A stretch of DNA of 64,000 nucleotides from a candidate division FCPU426 bacterium (GTDB lineage: Bacteria; Oederibacteriota; Muellerivitia; Muellerivitales; Muellerivitaceae), in the NCBI GenBank assembly GCA_963796105.1, contig CAWCKJ010000002.1:288001-352000 (forward strand), written 5' to 3'. Shown piece after piece: positions 1 through 10,609 of this stretch (position 1 is its first letter; the number at the start of each line of letters is the position of its first letter). The translations under genes and the position numbers were made by a program. The notes under the pieces are model-generated. The model made no database searches. It saw only the letters and a list, made by a program, of their open reading frames with translations, and was not told where the DNA came from.

Positions 1-32
1 TAGCCAAGTTTTCTTCCTTCTTAAATGAATGA

Positions 33-635
33 TTATGATCCTGACGCCAACTTGGCTCCGAACTCATACACCTTTTTAAGCTCCTCACCCGGAAGCTCCG
101 TGCGGGGTTTCATCCCTGACAACCCATACCTCAATTGTTTGATCACTTTGGCGCCTAGGGTCTTAGCGGTTTGTTTCAAGGTGTCGGAGGAGTGCGAAAA
201 CAATATAGGTAATATGAAACCTGGAGCGGCTGAGGAAGTAAGCAGAATGGCCTTTCGGTTTTTTTTCCTGGACCTGAAAGAGGGGGCGGGTTTGTCCCAG
301 GGCCAAAACCCGAGAGGGGCCAACCTTTCCAGGAATTTCTTGGTCATGGCTGTGGCTTGATAAAAATTAATAGGGGATGAAAGAACAAGAATATCACTGG
401 ATAGGCACTCCTTGATCAGACCTTTCATGTCATCCACTTGAGCGCATTCCCCTGGTTCGTCACCGGGTTTTTGAGTGCAGGTCCGGCAATTGTTGCAAAA
501 GCGGATGTCCTTTTCTCTGAGTGCCACGAAGAGAGTTTGCGCTCCTTTTGAAGACGCGCCCGCCAGCAGGGCCTTGGCGGCTTGCTCCGTGGGACCATCC
601 GGACGATAACTTCCAGAAAGCGCGAGAATTTTCAT
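33..635 (-). CDS. Flavodoxin-fold iron-sulfur flavoprotein / NADPH-dependent FMN reductase
   Basis: N-terminal ILALSGSYRPDGPT FMN loop, CNNCRTC..C cysteine motif, SSPINF motif. Confidence 0.85.
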   Translation of the reverse strand: MKILALSGSYRPDGPTEQAAKALLAGASSKGAQTLFVALREKDIRFCNNCRTCTQKPGDEPGECAQVDDMKGLIKECLSSDILVLSSPINFYQATAMTKKFLERLAPLGFWPWDKPAPSFRSRKKNRKAILLTSSAAPGFILPILFSHSSDTLKQTAKTLGAKVIKQLRYGLSGMKPRTELPGEELKKVYEFGAKLASGS

Positions 636-1223
636 GAAGGACTCTCCTTATATGAAAGGGGTTTAATATTTAAGCCATCTAAGATTCATTTTAAGGGGCT
701 AAATATAGGCACGTAAAAACGATTTTGCCGGCCATTATTTTATGAGGTTAATTGAATTTTGAAAGGATTTTAAAACACCAAATGGGTTTTTTTCATTGTC
801 GCGTTAGAAATACCGAATTTTATTACCCGCGATCACAAGATTCGAAGATTCATGCAGGCTTGATGCAAATCGTTTCAACATCCGGTTTCGGGTCATTCTC
901 CGGAGGAAGGTGCGTTGAGAGGAACCCACGAAAACGTTTCGGCTTTTAAGCTCACTTGCAACCCTGTATCCTTCAGTCCTCATGTCAAATATGGTTGCGA
1001 ATTTTCTATGGCTAACCAGTTTTGGAAGGGCTATTTGGCAGGAATTGAATTGAAAATCCCTGTTTTTTTCCTTAAACTTGATTTACACCGTCGAAAGCAT
1101 CAGTGGCGGTGGGCCGTCTAGGCCGGGCATCTTCGATCGGCATCCCTGTAACAGGAACGCGGTGGAGGGATAGTCTCGGATGTGGACGGAAAGCAAAGAT
1201 GCGGAAAAGGAAGGGTTTGAAAG

Positions 1224-1427
1224 ATGCCTACCGGGCGAGTCAAGTGGTTCAATGCCGGAAAGGGATACGGGTTCATCGAACAGGAGGGCGGGGAAGATGT
1301 GTTCGTGCATTTTTCCGCGATCCAAGGGGATGGATTCAAAACCCTGACGGCGGGTCAAGAAGTGACGTTTGAGATTGTGCAGGGGGCCAAGGGCAAACAA
1401 GCCGCCAATGTCACAAAGGCTGGCTGA
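1224..1427 (+). CDS. cspA: Cold-shock protein
   Basis: [16 protein letters not shown] and [12 protein letters not shown] motifs; 67 aa. Confidence 0.97.
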   Translation: MPTGRVKWFNAGKGYGFIEQEGGEDVFVHFSAIQGDGFKTLTAGQEVTFEIVQGAKGKQAANVTKAG

Positions 1428-1439
1428 ATCGACACCTTG

Positions 1440-1474
1440 AAAAAGGCTCCGGTTTATAACCGGGGCCTTTTTTT
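1440..1474 (+). terminator. Intrinsic terminator after cspA
   Basis: GGCTCCGGTT-TAT-AACCGGGGCC stem followed by a T run. Confidence 0.85.
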
Positions 1475-1632
1475 ATTTGGATCCAGTCTGTTTTTTCTTA
1501 ATGGGTTTTTGGGGAATTCCTTAGGTGTGGCGTTTTCCCCAAAGAAAAAACCCTTTTTTGTTTTACCCTGTGAACCCCGCCAACTCTATGGTTCAATATT
1601 CCTTGCTTTCCCAATAAAGCGTTAGGTGCGAC

Positions 1633-2382
1633 ATGGCAAAAAGAAAAAATATAGCAACCTTTGAGACTCTTTCTCCCGGGGGAACCAACACCGCGAAAAG
1701 CTTGGTGGATGTGTTGGCTTTCGGGGCACATCCCGACGATGTTGAAATCGCCATGGGTGGAACTCTTTTGTCCCTAAAGGCCCGTGGGGCCAAGGTGGTA
1801 GTCTGCCACTTAACGGATGGAGAGCCAACACCCTATGGAAATCACAAGACCCGATTAAAAGAAGCGGAAGCCGCCGCCAGGGTTCTTAAACTTGATGACT
1901 ATTTAATCCTGCCGTTGAAAAACCGCGAACTTCAGGACACCTTGCCTGCCCGCCGGAAAGTGGCCGAGGTCATTAGGTGTTATAGGCCGGGGATTATATT
2001 CGCCCCTTACTGGGTGGATGCCCATCCGGACCATTGGGGGGCTAGTGCATTGGTGCAATCCGCCCGTTTTTGGGCCAAGCTGGTAAAGACAGATATGAAA
2101 GGTGAACCCTGGTATCCCCCGAAGCTTTTTTATCATCTTTGCTCCCACTTGAGGCCGAACGTACAGCCGTCCTTCATCGTGAACACAACCTCGTACCACG
2201 AACAAAAACTCAGGGCAGTGGCCTGTTATGAAAGCCAGTTTATCAAAAAGCCTGGGAGCCGAGCCCTGGAATTCATAAATGTCTCCAACCGCTATTTTGG
2301 ATCGCTCGTCGGGGTTCAAATGGGGGAGCCGTTTTTTTCAAAGGAAAACCTGGGCATTGAGGATCCAAGACTTTTGATTTAA
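1633..2382 (+). CDS. bshB1: PIG-L family deacetylase, BshB1-like
   Basis: VLAFGAHPDDVEI and DAHPDH metal-binding motifs; AVACYESQF. Confidence 0.75.
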   Translation: MAKRKNIATFETLSPGGTNTAKSLVDVLAFGAHPDDVEIAMGGTLLSLKARGAKVVVCHLTDGEPTPYGNHKTRLKEAEAAARVLKLDDYLILPLKNRELQDTLPARRKVAEVIRCYRPGIIFAPYWVDAHPDHWGASALVQSARFWAKLVKTDMKGEPWYPPKLFYHLCSHLRPNVQPSFIVNTTSYHEQKLRAVACYESQFIKKPGSRALEFINVSNRYFGSLVGVQMGEPFFSKENLGIEDPRLLI

Positions 2383-2424
2383 CTCTAATTCCGTAAAGGC
2401 GGGAAAAATATCTTTTCTGGAGCA

Positions 2425-3546
2425 GTGTTTATGCGACTTAATCGCGGCTGGTTTTTTTTAACCTTTTTTTTGTCCTTTGCGGGAATGGTCATTCCTTGTT
2501 TGGCCGCCAATTCAAATGAATATTTCAACGCGGGGTTGAATCTATACAATCAGAAGAATTACGCTCAGGCGATCCAATATTTCAATGCCGCTTTGTCCCT
2601 GGACCCGAACCTGTGGCAGGCATACCAAGGGATTGCGCAAAGCGAACTGGCCTTGGGCAAGAATGCTGAAGCCTTAAATGCCTGCGAGAAAAGCCTGGAA
2701 ATTCACCCGGACAATACCTTTTTGGTCAAGATGGACAACGAATTGAAACCCAAGGTGAACGGGCCCCTTGTGGTTCCCGCGGCGATTCCCACCATAGGGG
2801 GAAAATCCGTTGCGGTAGGTTCTGAATTCGCGCCCAGCTTTTGGTTTAAGGTTTCCGCCCTTTATGGTTACGCGACAGATAGCGATTTGAACAACGCGGT
2901 GGATGGTTGGAAACATGTCGCTGCCGATTACAGCGCGCACCAATTCGATAGTGCTGCGGGGACCATGGGTTTCGGTTTCCATCTTGAGTTGGGTCATCCC
3001 TTGGACCCTGAAAATTCCTTTTCATTGGGTTTGCTGGATGACTTCAGACCCGGTTTCACGGGTCATGCCACAGGTACTGGATGGGCTATCTCCGATATCA
3101 TTCAACCAACTATCTACGGTTTGGAATTAAGTTATTCCCATTTTTGGCCAGGGCGAAATTACCGGTATTTTGCTCAAGCAGGGGTGGGTTATTATTACGC
3201 CTCAGTTAAGATCAATGAAACTGCATCCGCGTCAGCTCCCACCACTTTTGAAAATCTTGCTGGTACCATCGGAAATGGTGACTTCGGGGCGTTTCTGGGC
3301 GGGGGTTATGAATTGGAGTTCTCGAATCCCTGGGGATTGGAAATTTCCGCATTTGCGCGGACTGCAACCATCAGCGCGATCACGGCTCCTCTCAATAACA
3401 GCACATATGGATTGGCACTTGATCCTAGGGGTTTAGTCCGAGCGGTGGATACCACCCTTATCGGACAGAATGGGTACCGCTTTGCGACAATCGATTTGAC
3501 GGGTTTTGATATCCATTTGGGTCTGGTCTATTACTTTTTCGAGTGA
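2425..3546 (+). CDS. Secreted TPR protein with C-terminal outer-membrane beta-barrel
   Basis: Signal peptide, TPR helices (YAQAIQYFNAALSLDPN), amphipathic beta strands ending GLVYYFFE. Confidence 0.7.
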   Translation: MFMRLNRGWFFLTFFLSFAGMVIPCLAANSNEYFNAGLNLYNQKNYAQAIQYFNAALSLDPNLWQAYQGIAQSELALGKNAEALNACEKSLEIHPDNTFLVKMDNELKPKVNGPLVVPAAIPTIGGKSVAVGSEFAPSFWFKVSALYGYATDSDLNNAVDGWKHVAADYSAHQFDSAAGTMGFGFHLELGHPLDPENSFSLGLLDDFRPGFTGHATGTGWAISDIIQPTIYGLELSYSHFWPGRNYRYFAQAGVGYYYASVKINETASASAPTTFENLAGTIGNGDFGAFLGGGYELEFSNPWGLEISAFARTATISAITAPLNNSTYGLALDPRGLVRAVDTTLIGQNGYRFATIDLTGFDIHLGLVYYFFE

Positions 3547-3602
3547 GGTTATTTGCGATTTTCCCATGAAAACAAGTTAGTATACGGTTGTATTCTTTTT
3601 CC

Positions 3603-3631
3603 TTGACGAATCATCTTCCGCCCTTTAGGAT
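3603..3631 (+). promoter_or_regulatory. Candidate sigma70 promoter for recA
   Basis: TTGACG-17 nt-TAGGAT upstream of recA. Confidence 0.5.
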
Positions 3632-3759
3632 AACCACGGTTTCAAGAATAAAAGGCGTTATCCACTAAAAACAATACTTTTTTAATATCAAACGAGTTGA
3701 AACTATAAACGCGAGTGTGCGGGCGAAACCGCGCGTTGTAGTGAAAAAAGGAGAATGAT

Positions 3760-4839
3760 ATGGCGTTGGACAAACAGAAGGAAAAAGCCCTGGATGTGGC
3801 GATTCTGCAGATCAAGAAGGATCATGGCGAAGGCGCCATCATGCGGTTGGGGGAATCCAAAGTACAGGATGTTAAAAGCATTTCCACCGGATCCATTGGA
3901 TTGGATATCGCGACTGGAATCGGGGGTGTTCCCCGTGGGAGAATCGTGGAAATTTTCGGCCCGGAATCTTCTGGAAAAACCACACTCACCCTTCATATTG
4001 TCGCGGAGGCACAGAAGGCCGGAGGAACTGCGGTTTTTATCGACGCTGAGCACGCCATGGACCCTGTTTACGCCAAGAAACTCGGCGTGAACGTCGAGGA
4101 ACTATTGATTTCTCAGCCCGATTCCGCCGAGGAAGCCTTGCAGATCGCCGACACCCTTATTCGCTCGGGCGCCATCGATGTGGTGGTCGTGGATTCGGTT
4201 GCGGCTCTGGCCCCGAGGGCTGAACTGGAAGGGGAAATGGGCGACGCCCACGTGGGCCTGCAGGCCCGCTTGATGAGCCAGGCCCTCCGAAAACTTACGG
4301 CGCTGCTTTCCAAGTCGAACACCTGCGCCATTTTCATCAACCAAATTCGCGAGAAAATCGGGGTCATGTTTGGCAATCCCGAGACGACGCCAGGGGGAAG
4401 GGCCCTGAAATTTTACGCTTCCATGAGACTGGATGTGAGGAGAGTGGAAAGCATCAAGGTGGGTGACGCGAATATCGGCAACAAGGTGAAGGCCAAGGTG
4501 GTCAAGAACAAGACAGCCCAACCGTTCAAAGAGGGGTTCTTTGATATCATTTTCGGGGAGGGCATCTCCAAGGAAGGTTCTCTTTTGGACACGGGAGTGG
4601 ATCTGGGAATCGTGGACAAGAGCGGTACCTGGCTTTCTTTCGGCGAGATCAGGATCGGACAAGGGCGCGAGGGCGCCAAAGCGTTCCTCAAGGAGCACCC
4701 GGAGGTTTACGCACAGATAGAGAGGAAGGTCAAGGAGAAAGTGGGATTGATTCCCGCCCCTGCGGCGCCTGAAAAGACTGATCCCAAAGCCGAAACGAAA
4801 AAAGAGCCGGAAAAACCAAAGGTGGCTTTGAAGAAATAA
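3760..4839 (+). CDS. recA: Recombinase RecA
   Basis: GPESSGKTT Walker [28 protein letters not shown]. Confidence 0.99.
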   Translation: MALDKQKEKALDVAILQIKKDHGEGAIMRLGESKVQDVKSISTGSIGLDIATGIGGVPRGRIVEIFGPESSGKTTLTLHIVAEAQKAGGTAVFIDAEHAMDPVYAKKLGVNVEELLISQPDSAEEALQIADTLIRSGAIDVVVVDSVAALAPRAELEGEMGDAHVGLQARLMSQALRKLTALLSKSNTCAIFINQIREKIGVMFGNPETTPGGRALKFYASMRLDVRRVESIKVGDANIGNKVKAKVVKNKTAQPFKEGFFDIIFGEGISKEGSLLDTGVDLGIVDKSGTWLSFGEIRIGQGREGAKAFLKEHPEVYAQIERKVKEKVGLIPAPAAPEKTDPKAETKKEPEKPKVALKK

Positions 4840-4862
4840 CATTCCATATTTAAACTGAAATA

Positions 4863-4895
4863 CAAAAAGGGAACGTTGAAAACGTTCCCTTTTTG
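4863..4895 (+). terminator. Intrinsic terminator after recA
   Basis: CAAAAAGGGAACGTT-GAA-AACGTTCCCTTTTTG perfect inverted repeat. Confidence 0.85.
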
Positions 4896-5007
4896 TTTTC
4901 TGATCTTTTAAAGCACATATCTTTTGCACAGACTAGGGCATAACCGCTACCAAAAACCTGTCAATTGAATACAATAGGGGACATTCTTTTTACGGAGGTT
5001 GCGTCGA

Positions 5008-7344
5008 ATGGAAACATCACAGAAAAAACCCATGAATAAATTCCTGAAGTTCGTCCTTGTTTGCGTATGCATTGTGGCAGGGTTGTTTATCGTCCTATTG
5101 GGCATAGCTGCCGTCATCATTCCCGTCAAGTATCCGCCCGCGAAAATGAAGGCCATAGCCACCCAGTGGTTCGCGGACAACCTTCACCACCAGCTCTCCA
5201 TCGGGGACATTCATTTCAATATTTTCAGCGGTTTTGAAATCAAGGATTTGAAGGTCTCCAACCGCGCCGGTTGGAACCCCAGCCCCCTGGTTTCGGCCAA
5301 GGACATCTCCATTTCCTACCATCTTTTTCCCCTGCTCTGGGGACAGGTTTCATTGGGGGAGGTGCGGCTGAACCAGCCTGATATCCTGGTGGAAAGAAGG
5401 GGTTTGAACAGTTTTAATTTCAACGACATGATGGGAGCCGCTTCAGAAGCCTCTCCCGCGCCTGTCGTGGCGCCTTCGAGTAAAAGCGATAAACCGGTTA
5501 AGGACAAGATTAAAGGATCAAATAAACTTAAATCTCACGCGACCCTTCCGGATTCCGAGAGGAATCAAGCATCGGAATTTTACTTCGCCCCCTCGGCTTG
5601 GGCCGATACAAACACATCCTCTGGAAAGAGTTCATCATCTCTCAACTATACGGTGGGTAGCGTCAATATCATTCACGGAAAGATGCTATACCTTGATGAA
5701 ACCACTGGGGCTTCCCAGAGTTACAACCTTAAGGACTTGAATTTAAATGTGAAGAATATTTCAACTATCGGCGGGAAGACCAGCTTAACCTTGAGTACGC
5801 CATTGGATTACAACAATATGGTTTACCAGCTTTCAATGAAGGCATCCTTTCGCTATTACCTTGCCAGCCAATCTTTGAAGGAATTGAAACTGGACGGACA
5901 GGTGAATGATTTAGGTTTTGGACTGAGCGGTTCTGCCGAGGATATGACAGTCAACATCACGCCTGATATGGATGGAAACGCCAGCCTGGATATGCTCAAG
6001 TTTTCCGGATTGGTCCCGAAAAACCTCTCCTCGATGCCACAAGGACTTTCCCTGACCGGACCGGCGAAAGTTAAGTTTCATCTGGGTGGGAACAAGAAAA
6101 AAGGCTTGGAATTGTCAGGAACAGCGGACGGGTCGGAACTGGCCATCCAATATAAAGATCTCTTTATCAAGAAAAGCAATACTACTTGCAAGATCGATTT
6201 TAAAAGCGTGATGGGAGATAACTTTTATGAGCTTCCTTCCTTTACCGTGACCTACCAGGATTGGAGCCTTGACGGATCTTTCCGCTATGAGAACGGCTCA
6301 TCCTATACTTGCAAGCTTAATTCTAAGGCGCTTCCGCTGAAAGGCCTTTCGGATATGGTACCGCGGTTGAAAAAGGCCACATTTGATGGGGAGACATCCT
6401 TGAACGTCACCCTTTCTCAGAACCTCAATAAAGATAAATCCTTCCGCGCGAATGGCCAAGTAAACATTAAGGACGTTGGAATTACCTTGCCTGATGAGCC
6501 ATACTTGGAAAAATTAAACGCCGTCATCAACTTTGACAATACCGTGGTGAAGATACCCTCGGCCACCTTCCAATCTTTTGACGGTTCCGGCGCCATTGGC
6601 GTGACGGTCAACCTGGCATCGTCCGCCTATCTCTACTCCCTCAGCTTGAAGGGGGTGAACGCACAAAAAGCGGTCAACACCTGCGTGGACGTTTACGTGA
6701 CCTCAAATCCCCAAGCGGATAAGGATAAACTCTTTGGGACAATGAATTTTGCTTATAAGGGAAGCGGGAAAGGATTTTCAGCTGCCGAGGCCACTGCCAG
6801 CCAACTGGGTTCAGGTAATTTTTCCATAGAAAATGCCAAGATCAAGGGGGTCTCCGCGATCACGGCCATCAATAAATATTTCAAGGATAGCAGCGACGAA
6901 ATGGCTTTCGACCAAATTATCGGCACTTTAGGAATGAAGAGTAAGGTGTTCTCTAATACCGTTAATACCACAGGTAAAGTGGGAACCATCCGGGAAACCG
7001 GCGGAGTCAATGTCGCGACCATGTCTTACTCCCCCGACATGAGAATTCAGTGTGATGTCAAAAAGGAATTCTTGAACTCAGACGCTATTCTCTCGGCTCT
7101 TCCCGGAGAGGTTAAAGGGCTCGTAAAGAACCTGGATTGGTTCGTTGATGATAAAGGGAATATTCCGGTCGACATTAAGATGACTGGTTTGGTATCGGCG
7201 AAAAATTGGACGTATGATTGGACCCGGCTTATAAATAATGTCAAAAAACACCTTAGTAATGCTGCCACCAAAGCCGTTCAGAACGCCGCGCAACAAGGGG
7301 TTCAAAACCTTGGTAACAAACTAAAGGGTCTTTTTGGGCATTGA
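5008..7344 (+). CDS. AsmA-family protein (start approximate)
   Basis: N-terminal TM anchor, EVRLNQPDILVERR..FNFNDM AsmA N-terminal pattern, long beta-rich body, helical C-terminus. Confidence 0.75.
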   Translation: METSQKKPMNKFLKFVLVCVCIVAGLFIVLLGIAAVIIPVKYPPAKMKAIATQWFADNLHHQLSIGDIHFNIFSGFEIKDLKVSNRAGWNPSPLVSAKDISISYHLFPLLWGQVSLGEVRLNQPDILVERRGLNSFNFNDMMGAASEASPAPVVAPSSKSDKPVKDKIKGSNKLKSHATLPDSERNQASEFYFAPSAWADTNTSSGKSSSSLNYTVGSVNIIHGKMLYLDETTGASQSYNLKDLNLNVKNISTIGGKTSLTLSTPLDYNNMVYQLSMKASFRYYLASQSLKELKLDGQVNDLGFGLSGSAEDMTVNITPDMDGNASLDMLKFSGLVPKNLSSMPQGLSLTGPAKVKFHLGGNKKKGLELSGTADGSELAIQYKDLFIKKSNTTCKIDFKSVMGDNFYELPSFTVTYQDWSLDGSFRYENGSSYTCKLNSKALPLKGLSDMVPRLKKATFDGETSLNVTLSQNLNKDKSFRANGQVNIKDVGITLPDEPYLEKLNAVINFDNTVVKIPSATFQSFDGSGAIGVTVNLASSAYLYSLSLKGVNAQKAVNTCVDVYVTSNPQADKDKLFGTMNFAYKGSGKGFSAAEATASQLGSGNFSIENAKIKGVSAITAINKYFKDSSDEMAFDQIIGTLGMKSKVFSNTVNTTGKVGTIRETGGVNVATMSYSPDMRIQCDVKKEFLNSDAILSALPGEVKGLVKNLDWFVDDKGNIPVDIKMTGLVSAKNWTYDWTRLINNVKKHLSNAATKAVQNAAQQGVQNLGNKLKGLFGH

Positions 7345-7366
7345 TTCATTTTCTAGTTGTTAACTT

Positions 7367-7398
7367 AAGAGCGGGGTTTCACACCCCGCTCTTTTTTT
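7367..7398 (+). terminator. Intrinsic terminator
   Basis: AAGAGCGGGGT-TTCAC-ACCCCGCTCTT plus T run. Confidence 0.85.
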
Positions 7399-7413
7399 AT
7401 TGAAAGGGATCTA

Positions 7414-8673
7414 ATGGATTTGTTTTTTTCCTACATTTATAAGTTTCTGGCTAGGTTCTTGGGGGTGAGGAGGCACCTGCCCTCCAGTACCAAGACTCTA
7501 ATCTGGATGATCGGACTTTACGATTTCACCTTTGCCTTGTCGTCTGTTTTCATCAATGTCTTTCTTTTTCGGCGACATGACGACTGGAACGTGGTTCTTC
7601 CATTCAATTTGATCCAATTTATCTTTGTGCCACTGGGTTTTTGGGTAGGAGGATTCCTTTCTCCGATGTTTGGACACCGGATTTCCTACCAATTGGGGTT
7701 CGTGTTTCAAAGCTTGTTGTTTCTATCGGTCCTGCTCCTGAGGGAATCGGCCCCTGCCTACGGGAATGAGCTTGGGATTCTGAGCGGTTTGGCTATAGGC
7801 TTTTATTACCTTGGACAGCACGCCTTAACACTGGACTTGACGGATTCCAAAGACAGGGACTATTTCTTTTCCCTTTATCTTCTTCTAAGCTCCATATTAA
7901 AGATTCCCGCTCCGACCCTGGCGGGTTGGGTGATAGCGTCTTTTAGCGCCAGCAAGGGAGAATCCGCAGGAACCTTGACAGGTTATTATCTAATATTCGG
8001 GTTCACCCTGCTTATTTACCTGGGTTTGATCCTTCAGAGCTTTCGTCTTCATGTGCCCCACAAGGCGGCTGATTTTAACGTCCGGAAAATTGTTCAATTA
8101 CGTTGGAAGAATGATTGGAAAGGGCTTTTGACGGCCTGGTTTTTTTCCGGAATCAGGGGAGGAGTTTTCTGGTTTGTCACCAGCTTGTTCGTCTATAAGG
8201 CCTGGCATAACGAACTTGCGGTTGGGAATTACAATACATTGGCCACTTTTCTTGCTGTTGTGACTGCCTACGCTTTGTCACGCTGGGAGGTTTACCAAAA
8301 CCGCCGCGGGGGCATGGCTTTATCCTCGCTCCTGATCGTCTTATCCACACTGGTCTTGGCTTTCAGCCTGGGACCCATGGCCCTTCTATTATTCGTGATT
8401 CTTTACGCGATTGGCATGACTTGGTTCCAAGTAGGCTTCAGCGCTATTTCTTTTGATGTAATTGAGAAAGCTAAAGATTCCCGCAAACGGAAACTGGAAT
8501 ATTTGACCCTCCGTGAGATACCATTGGCTATCGGGCGGGTTTTAGGATTATCCCTTTTTTGGTTCGGACAATCTCGGTTCGGCGACATGGGCCTTCGGGT
8601 CGCTTTGGTGGCACTGGGATTGACGCAATGGGGAACGTACGCTTTTTCCTTTCCCAAAACAGGTAAAAAATAA
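7414..8673 (+). CDS. MFS transporter (YqgE-like)
   Basis: About 12 hydrophobic segments; EYLTLREIPLAIGRVLG C-terminal motif. Confidence 0.75.
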   Translation: MDLFFSYIYKFLARFLGVRRHLPSSTKTLIWMIGLYDFTFALSSVFINVFLFRRHDDWNVVLPFNLIQFIFVPLGFWVGGFLSPMFGHRISYQLGFVFQSLLFLSVLLLRESAPAYGNELGILSGLAIGFYYLGQHALTLDLTDSKDRDYFFSLYLLLSSILKIPAPTLAGWVIASFSASKGESAGTLTGYYLIFGFTLLIYLGLILQSFRLHVPHKAADFNVRKIVQLRWKNDWKGLLTAWFFSGIRGGVFWFVTSLFVYKAWHNELAVGNYNTLATFLAVVTAYALSRWEVYQNRRGGMALSSLLIVLSTLVLAFSLGPMALLLFVILYAIGMTWFQVGFSAISFDVIEKAKDSRKRKLEYLTLREIPLAIGRVLGLSLFWFGQSRFGDMGLRVALVALGLTQWGTYAFSFPKTGKK

Positions 8674-8696
8674 CCTTAGTATTGAACGGAGCGGTA

Positions 8697-9365
8697 ATGA
8701 TATACGTCATCGGGGACATCCACGGTTGTTTGGCGGCTTTGAAGGAATTGCTGGGCCAATTGCCGTTGAAACCGGAGGATGAACTGGTTTTTCTGGGGGA
8801 CTATATCGACCGGGGACCGGACAGCAAGGGAGTGGTTGACTATCTCCTGATGAACCAAAAATCCAATTGGCGGTTCCTCAAGGGCAACCATGAACAGATG
8901 CTATTGGAATGGCTTGGTTCCCCCAGTAATATGACTTCCGCCAACTGGCTCTTGAACGGGGGATTTCAGACCCTCCAGTCCTATGTGCCAGCCCAAAAAA
9001 TGGATGAACTCCGGGGGGAAGGCGCTCACATGATCCTTCAATCCCATATTCCGACTTCCCACGCTGAGTTTTTCAATTCGCTTCCTCTCACTTATGAGAC
9101 TCCTGAATATTTCTTTTGCCACGCCGGAGTCAACCTTGACAGGCCCTTGGGGGCGCAGGAACGTGATGATTTGCTTTGGATACGGCGAAAATTCATTGAG
9201 GACCCCAGGCCAACGCCCAAGCTGGTTGTCCATGGACATTCACCTATTGAGAAAGTGGACTTAAATCGCGATCGGATTAATATCGATACTGGTTGTGTTT
9301 ACGGTGGAGTTTTGACTGCTTTGGCTTTTCCTGATAAAAAATTATACCAAGCCAAGCAGAAATAA
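8697..9365 (+). CDS. Metallophosphoesterase, PPP-like Ser/Thr phosphatase
   Basis: GDIHG, GDYIDRG, GNHE, HGH and IDTGCVYGG motifs. Confidence 0.92.
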   Translation: MIYVIGDIHGCLAALKELLGQLPLKPEDELVFLGDYIDRGPDSKGVVDYLLMNQKSNWRFLKGNHEQMLLEWLGSPSNMTSANWLLNGGFQTLQSYVPAQKMDELRGEGAHMILQSHIPTSHAEFFNSLPLTYETPEYFFCHAGVNLDRPLGAQERDDLLWIRRKFIEDPRPTPKLVVHGHSPIEKVDLNRDRINIDTGCVYGGVLTALAFPDKKLYQAKQK

Positions 9366-9618
9366 TTTATTCACAAAATTATTTTCAAGTTTATTAAACA
9401 ATTGATTAAGCTTTTTTTGCGCAGTAAAAACACATTTTTTTAATAATTATGGTATCTTTGGTATGTCCGGACTAAAGGTGCCCCTTTCCTCCACATCTTC
9501 AAAACCATTAATAAGAAATGATTAAGGTTTTTGAATTATGCCAAACTTAAATTGGATTGGCTTTTTGTTATGGTTTTAAGCTGCAAGACGATCCGCTAGA
9601 AACGGGAAAGGATATCTG

Positions 9619-10590
9619 ATGAGCTTAAAAAACTCTGTTCGCAACGCTGGTTTTATTGGGCTCATTCTTTTTGCATCCAATCATTTATCCTGTAGTAAAT
9701 CAAACCCTACATCCCCAGCCGGGCCTACCCCCACTCCAACTTTTCCGGCCTATTCAGCGAGCGCCACCTTTGGAAATGGAACATCCCCCAATATGGATGG
9801 CCCGGCGGGGATTGGAATTTCGGGAAGCGGCGTTTGGGTGATGAACTATAACACTTCAGTATTTCAGGAGTGGACGACAACGGGTTCATTCTCCACATCC
9901 ATCACAGGGTACGGTTCCGGACCTACAAATTTTAATCACCCTTGGGGTGTAGCCGTAGGACCGGATGGATATATTTATGCTGCGGACCAATCGAACAAAA
10001 ACGCGGTTGAATTCACACCTGCGGGTCAATATGCAACAATATTTGGCAGTAACGAGTTGGGCTCGGATTTGGTGTTAAATGTAGCCGTTAACTCCCCTCA
10101 CGCTTATTTATTAGATTACATGTCTGGTTTGGTTATCGGGTACAACATTTCGGGATCAGGCGTCTCGAAAACTTTCACAAGCCCCATCACATTTGGCAAT
10201 TCCGGAACTGTAACCTTATGCTCCTATAGTTTAAACCTAAATCAAGAAGGACCCTATGGTATTTGCCTGGACAAATCCGGAAATGTTTATGTCGCCGATA
10301 CGGGGAATGCACGTGTACTGAAATTTGGCCCTACAGGCAATTACCAATCAGCGGTAACCAATGGGTTGAATTCTCCGGCTGCAGTAGTGGTTGACTCCAA
10401 TGGAAACCTTTTTGTATCCGATCTTGGTGATGGTTACATCCATCCTTATACTTCGGCAGGAATTGCAAAAATTCCATTTGGGGGTTCTGAATTGGGAGGA
10501 AATTGTTATGGACTTGCGTTGGACAGCAAAGGAAGCCTTTATGCGACTTCCTTTGATAATAATGAAGTCGTTGTCTTCAAAAGCAACTAA
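9619..10590 (+). CDS. NHL-repeat beta-propeller lipoprotein
   Basis: Lipobox-like HLSC, short PTPTP linker, repeated P.G.AV..DG.IY.AD..N units. Confidence 0.8.
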   Translation: MSLKNSVRNAGFIGLILFASNHLSCSKSNPTSPAGPTPTPTFPAYSASATFGNGTSPNMDGPAGIGISGSGVWVMNYNTSVFQEWTTTGSFSTSITGYGSGPTNFNHPWGVAVGPDGYIYAADQSNKNAVEFTPAGQYATIFGSNELGSDLVLNVAVNSPHAYLLDYMSGLVIGYNISGSGVSKTFTSPITFGNSGTVTLCSYSLNLNQEGPYGICLDKSGNVYVADTGNARVLKFGPTGNYQSAVTNGLNSPAAVVVDSNGNLFVSDLGDGYIHPYTSAGIAKIPFGGSELGGNCYGLALDSKGSLYATSFDNNEVVVFKSN

Positions 10591-10609
10591 ATCTGATGAA
10601 CAGGCTTTG

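Noticed and set aside
1097..1223. Hairpin-rich cspA 5' region as a novel RNA
   Set aside because: Long structured leaders are expected for cold-shock genes and no distinct motif could be defined.
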